Assembly: GCA_965153285.1 (NCBI GenBank)
Contig: OZ229111.1
From: Podarcis tiliguerta
Lineage: Eukaryota
Strand: one strand, 5' to 3'
Length of the DNA stretch: 64,000 nt
In this document: in pieces, positions 58,801-64,000 of the stretch
Position numbering within the stretch: position 1 is the first letter of the stretch
How the letters are laid out: each line of letters opens with the position of its first letter
Position numbers and translations under genes: made by a program
Notes under the pieces: generated by a model
Told to the model about the DNA's origin: nothing
Databases searched by the model: none
Seen by the model: the letters and a program-made list of their open reading frames with translations, nothing else

Positions 58801-61298
58801 CCCATCCCCACCCCCATCTTGTTGCGCCATAGTGCAAGGCTAGTGCTCCAGACAACAATAATGCAACAACATTGGGGAATCGTCGCTGAACAACAAATAA
58901 AACAGAATGATGTGTGGACAGTCCAGTATACAGTGGTACCTCGGGTTAAGTACTTAATTCGTTCCAGAGGTCCGTTCTTAACCTGAAACTGTTCTTAACC
59001 TGAAGCATTAGTTAATGGGACCTCCTGCTGCTGTTGCACCACCAGAGCACAATTTCTGTTCTCATCCTGAAGCAAAGTTCTTAACCCGAGGTACTATTTC
59101 TGGGTTAGCGGAGTCTGTAACCTGAAGTGTCTGTAACCCGAGGTACCACTGTAGATCCATCACTAATACACTGCTGCATTGATGCAATCTTGCAGAACCC
59201 ACCTGCAAAAACAAATCCAGTTTGGAGGGGCCCTACAACCAGCAACAGACTCATGCTTGCAGCTACGTGTGGATAGTTGTGAGCAAGGCACCTCACTGAC
59301 CTGGCAGAGGAACCAAGAATGGTAACTGATGTTTGACCGCAAGGAAGTGAGAAGACGCCTGAGGCCAGTCAACAAAGAGAATGCATACGGTAAAAGGAGT
59401 GCTTTAGAAAATGTCAGGAAGTGGTAGACAGAAAGGGCGTTGTGAATGAGAGACCTACTTTACACCAGTGCATGCAACGTGAAACTGTACCATTTAAGAA
59501 TGCCATTAAGGGATCATACACATCTCCCCACAAATACAAAACAAGCACATCAAAGAGATGCTGTACCACATGCCCCCACCCTCAATTGTCTCACCATCTC
59601 TCACAAGCTATTGCAACCAGTAGCATAGCTACATGTAACACAGTCACAAAGAACCACCGGCTGGTTCTTTGACCGTGGCACTTACCGGTAATGACACCAG
59701 CGGTAAGGTAGACCTGTATTATATTAGTGGAGTAGGAAGCAATGATCATCCCCAATGAAGCAAAGAGGCCTCCGACCAGCATAACAGGACGACAGCCAAA
59801 CCGATTGACACACATACTGCACAGGGGCCCTGAGCAAAAGAGAGAATGGGTAAGATGTTTGTTTCTGTAACTTCCCAGATCATTAATATATCTATCAGTT
59901 GGAGTTTGTATTTCTTCTCATAAGGCCCACCCAGATTCAGTTGTCTGAAGACCTTGAGTCTGAAGACGTCAGATTCCATTTCCCATCTCCTTTTCATTTG
60001 ACCAAGGCTCTAGATTGCTGTTGCTTACCCAACACATCTGGAGGATACGAGAACGTTAGCTTTCTTTTTTTTTAATGTGTACAAGATATTGTTGGCCTTC
60101 ACGTTTCCATTATAAACCACACCCACCTGCCCCACCCCTGGCACCATTTGTGATACCAGGGATGGAGCAGGTACCAATGTGACTACCAAGGAACTATTGG
60201 GAGTTTAAAGCAAGCTCCTGATGGTTCCTTTGCTGTAGGTCAGCGTGAGTTCGATCCCAATGGATCAATGTGAGTTCAAGCCTGTCTGTGAGTTTAAGCC
60301 CAGTGGACCTGTTGTGCAACCAAGTTCCCCTTGGAGAATTTAATTATGTGGCTGACCCCTGCAGAAAGCAGGCTTGAACTCACTGCCCATGACATAAGGT
60401 GAGTACCATGTGGGTTATCACACCCACCTGCCAAAGTTGTCCCATCTGGCCCCAAAAGGTTCTCCACTCTATTTTAGATCATATTCAGAGAGCTTTTTCC
60501 AGTTCTGCTGCCGCCTGAGCCACGACAGGTGATCACTAGGAAAGGAGCCTTTTCAGTGTGGCACCCCAGCATTAGAACCTGGCACCTGCATGGATGTTTT
60601 CCCAGCACCTGGAATAGATCTTATTACTATTTTGAACTTTTTGACTTGTGCTAGTCTGCCAACCTAGCAGTTCGAAAGCACATCAAAGTGCAAGCTGATA
60701 AATAGGTATCGTTTCCGTGCGCTGCTCTGGTTCGCCAGAAGCGGCTTAGTCATGCTGGCCACATGACCCAGAAGCTGTACGCCGGCTCCCTCGGCCAATA
60801 AAGTCAGATGAGCGCCAGAACCCCAGAGTCGGTCACGACTGGACCTAATGGTCAGGGGTCCCTTCACCTTCAGTCTGTTTTATTCCGACTAGTGTATTTT
60901 AATGCTGCCTTTATAGACTAGCTTATTTTTAATGCCCTTGTTTTCTTGGTTTGGGGAACAAACTATTTTATTGTAAAAGCCACGCTTTATAATATATATA
61001 AAATAAAATAAAATAGAGTAATATGTTTCTTTCATGTATTTATTACCCCAGTTTTAGAATGTTGTAAGTACTTACCTGTTCCATAAAGCATAGCCAACAG
61101 AATGGAGGAGATCCACGCGGTGTCACTGTATCCAACACCAAACTCCCGGATAAGCTCTTTAAAGAAGACGCTCATGGCCTTTGGGAAGGCATAGGAGAAT
61201 CCCGTGATGACAAAGCACCCAAAGAGAACAGCCCAGCCCCAGCCGCCATCTGGGGCTTTAACTCCGCTAGGACCATCGTCAACCACCACAGCTCCCAT
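55626..61298 (-). CDS. SLC16A3: monocarboxylate transporter 4 (MCT4), 465 aa
   Basis: Exons 61298-61076, 59829-59686, 57256-56489, 55888-55626 (223/144/768/263 nt = 1398 nt), all GT-AG, phase 1. N-terminus [34 protein letters not shown]-terminus PETCV*. Tail-to-tail with CSNK1D as in mammals. Confidence 0.96.
56185..56311 (+). mobile_element. CR1-like 3' tail fragment
   Basis: ends CTGATCCAGCAGGCTCTTCTTATGTTCTTA, a typical CR1-type terminus. Confidence 0.5.
56489..57256 (-). CDS. SLC16A3: SLC16A3 large coding exon ([10 protein letters not shown]...LIGPPSA)
   Basis: ORF 56301-57305; canonical splice sites. Confidence 0.96.
58931..59151. mobile_element. Tc1/mariner-type MITE, family B (TIR CAGTGGTACCTCGGGTTA)
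   Basis: TA-flanked, perfect 18-bp TIRs, near-identical to 63593-63834. Confidence 0.9.
59686..59829 (-). CDS. SLC16A3: SLC16A3 coding exon ([20 protein letters not shown]...GVIT)
   Basis: ORF 59591-59815; canonical splice sites. Confidence 0.95.
60656..60870 (+). mobile_element. 5'-truncated Sauria SINE
   Basis: matches the 3' part of the other two copies, with an internal deletion; ACCTT tail. Confidence 0.88.
61076..61298 (-). CDS. SLC16A3: SLC16A3 first coding exon (exon starts at 61318; non-coding exon 1 not identified)
   Basis: ORF 61032-61298; minus-strand donor GTAAGT; acceptor 20 nt upstream of the ATG. Confidence 0.95.
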
Positions 61299-61882
61299 GA
61301 TGAGATTTTATCTGTTTCCTAAGACATAAAAGAAATGTATTTAAATATTCCATCAGTACCATAAGATATGATCAGCTCAGTCTTGGTTATGCAATGAATA
61401 CTTTTAATACAGTAGGGTCCATAAACGTTGACTTCCTATGGAAGGCAAGGCTAGCTTTTTAGATGAAGTGGTCTCTTATGCAGAAGAAGGTCTGCCCTAT
61501 TCCCAGCAGTGGTGACTGGTGCCCATTGAGATCAGTAGGGTGGAAGGCAGGGAGATCAACAGACAGAGCCAACTTGCTGAGTTCTATAAGGTCAGCACTG
61601 AGACTAAGGTAGAGGAAGCTCTGACAAGCAGTGAACAACCCTTGGACTGGTTGCAAGTAAGGAGACAGACAAGTGGGGGCTAGCTGGTGGCAGACTGAAG
61701 TTGATGGGACAGTGACCCATTCTCCCTAGTGGACCAGCCCCCACTGTCTACCAGTTATTGTTGCATTAACATCTGTATAGCTGTGTACTTGGAGAGTGGA
61801 GCAGAAAGTGGGAGGTCCTTTTTGAGCAGGATTTGCAGAAGACAGAAATGGGAGATTTATAAAATTGTAGAGTTGGAAGGGA

Positions 61883-62230
61883 TGCAGATGGCACTGTGGT
61901 CTAAACCACTGAGTCTCTTGGGCTTGCCAATCAGAAGGTCGGCGGTTCAAATTCCCGCGACGGGGTGAGCTCCCGTTGCTCAGTCCCAGCTCCTGCCAAC
62001 CTAGCAGCTCGAGAGTACATCAAAGTGCAAGTAGATAAATAGGTACCGCTCCGGCGGGAAGGTAAATGGTGTTTCCATGCGCTGCTCTGGTCTTGGTGTT
62101 CCATTGCTGGCCACATGACCAGGAAAAACTGTGGACAAACACCAGCTCCCTTGGCCTGTAAAGTGAGATGAGCGCCGCAACCACAGAGTCATCTGTGCCT
62201 GGACTTAACTGTCAGGGGTCCTTTACCTTT
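61883..62230 (+). mobile_element. full-length Sauria SINE nested in a CR1-type 3' fragment
   Basis: 15-bp direct repeat TAGAGTTGGAAGGGA at 61868-61882 and 62231-62245; B box GGTTCAAATTCC; ACCTTT tail. Confidence 0.92.
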
Positions 62231-63035
62231 TAGAGTTGGAAGGGACCCTGAGGATCATCTAGCAGTCCAACCCCATGCAATGCAGGAATATGGAGCTGTC
62301 AGGTATGGGGAGCAAACCTGCAACCTTGACATTATCAGCACCACGCTCTAACTGACCAAGCTGTCCTTGTTGTTTTAATATTCTATCTATCTATCTGATG
62401 CAGTAAGTGTTGGGATGTGTTTCTCCTATGAATAGATCTTCCAAAAGACAACTTCCACCTGGCTTCACCCAATTCATTTTGGATGAATACTACATAGCAG
62501 AGTCGTTTCTTAAACCAGCGACAACTGTAAATGTCAGCATGCAAAGTGTGTATGAATACAGTACCATTAGAGCAGAGAGCTGTGCCCTATTCAGAAGTTA
62601 TACTCACGTGTAAGACCGCTGCAAGTACAGAGCTGCACATAGTCTCCCCCCTCCCCATATGGGCATTCTGTGAAGGCAGACATTCTCACTGTATGTGAGG
62701 GCTTCTTGGCACAGGCCTGCTCACACATTGGTCTTACGTACAACCGTGACATCTATCTATCTATCAATCATTTATTACATGGTCACAGACCTGTTAAACT
62801 GTAAGGTTAAAATAATGCTTTGGCTGTTTGGTTTTGTTGATATTTTTCCAATCATTAAATATGTGGATAAATTTATATACCCACATTTACAAATAGTGGC
62901 AAACTTTAACACTCCCTGACCTATTTGTTTAGGCAGAATTTTCCAGGCTCGTAAGATTCATTGAGAGCTATATTTTTTATTTATTTATTGATACTTTGCT
63001 GAATGTTTTAATGGATTCTCCTTTCAATCAATATA

Positions 63036-63294
63036 CCGTATTTTTCGCTCTATAAGACGCACCAGACCACAAGACGCACCTAGTTTTTGGAGGAGGAAAA
63101 CAAGAAAAAAAATATTCTGAATCTCAGAAGCCAGAACAGCAAGAGGGATCACTGCACAGTGAAAGCAGCAATCCCTCTTGCTGTTCTGGCTTCTGGGATA
63201 CCTGCGCAGCCTGCATTTGCTCCATAAGACGCACACACATTTCCCCTTACTTTTTAGGAGGGAAAAAGTGAGTCTTATAGAGCAAAAAATACGG
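63036..63294. mobile_element. TA-target MITE (TIR CCGTATTTTTCGCTCTATAAGAC) with internal 25-bp hairpin
   Basis: TA-flanked, 23-bp TIRs with 1 mismatch; internal arms 63125-63149 and 63171-63195. Confidence 0.88.
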
Positions 63295-63414
63295 TATTTC
63301 TTTGTATTCCTGATCATAATGCTTTATATAGTAAAATAATAATTATTATTCAAGGGAATAAAGAACTACACAACTTTGATAAGATGTCTGAAAGCAGACG
63401 TCTGTGCCTGGAAG

Positions 63415-63547
63415 TTTTCAATGTTTGACATTTTATTGTGTTTTTATATGTGCTGGAAGTCACCCAGAGTGGCTGGGGAAACCCAGCTAGATGGGCAGGG
63501 TAGAAATAATAAAGTTGTTGCTGTTGTTGTTGTTACTTTTATTATTA
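63415..63547 (+). mobile_element. L2 3' tip, same family as 48120-48490
   Basis: shared CCCAGAGTGGCTGGGGAAAC.CAGC.AGATGGGCAGGGTA. Confidence 0.75.
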
Positions 63548-63592
63548 AGATTTCCCTTTCCTTTTTAAAATGATTTTATTGTATTTAATGTA

Positions 63593-63834
63593 CAGTGGTA
63601 CCTTGGGTTAAGTACTTAATTCGTTCCGGAGGTCCGTTCTTAACCTGAAACTGTTCTTAACCTGAAGCACCACTTTAGCTAATGGGGCCTCCTGCTGCCG
63701 CTGCGCCGCCGGAGCACGATTTCTGTTCTCATCCTGAAGCAAAGTTCTTAACCCGAGGTACTATTTCTGGGTTAGCAGAGTCTGTAACCTGAAGCGTATG
63801 TAACCTGAAGTGTATGTAACCCGAGGTACCACTG
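63593..63834. mobile_element. Tc1/mariner-type MITE, family B
   Basis: TA-flanked, TIRs with 1 mismatch. Confidence 0.9.
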
Positions 63835-64000
63835 TAAACTGTTTAAGGATCTCACATATTAAGCATATTAATAATAAAATAAATTAATACATATATTGTT
63901 AATTCTGTTTCTTTTGTTTAATGAATTTATCCAGAACAGATTAACTTTCTGTTTGGCTAATGGCAAAAATCACTTTAAAGTCCCCAGCTTCAGAAGGGTC

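Overview
Vertebrate (squamate, probably lacertid lizard, judged from the Sauria SINE, Bov-B, L2 and Tc1/mariner MITE content) genomic DNA with three spliced genes. (1) UTP18 on +: 12 coding exons, 661-10004, first exon upstream of the window. (2) A complete CSNK1D (casein kinase 1 delta) on +: CpG-island promoter ~12.9-13.8 kb, exons 1-8 at 13446-30956 (399 codons), the delta2 cassette exon [10 protein letters not shown] (39152-39219), the delta1 terminal exon (42729 onward) and a ~2.1 kb 3'UTR. (3) SLC16A3/MCT4 on -, convergent with CSNK1D: 4 coding exons, 61298-55626, 465 aa, probably a ~5 kb 3'UTR ending near 50570. All exon boundaries were read by hand as GT-AG with consistent phases. No prokaryote-type system, CRISPR or RNA gene is present. 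The most interesting unexplained structure is the transposon-poor 3' half of CSNK1D, which holds several extra phase-0 acceptor/short-ORF units that could give CK1delta additional C-terminal tails: one polybasic with its own AATAAA, one Gly-rich, and one distal unit ending at a palindromic two-way poly(A) signal shared with SLC16A3. Also notable are a diverged delta1 tail, two strong-context uORFs and an inverted MITE pair flanking a frame-preserving 549-nt exon block. These are sequence-only hypotheses that need RNA evidence. Comparisons with human proteins are from memory.
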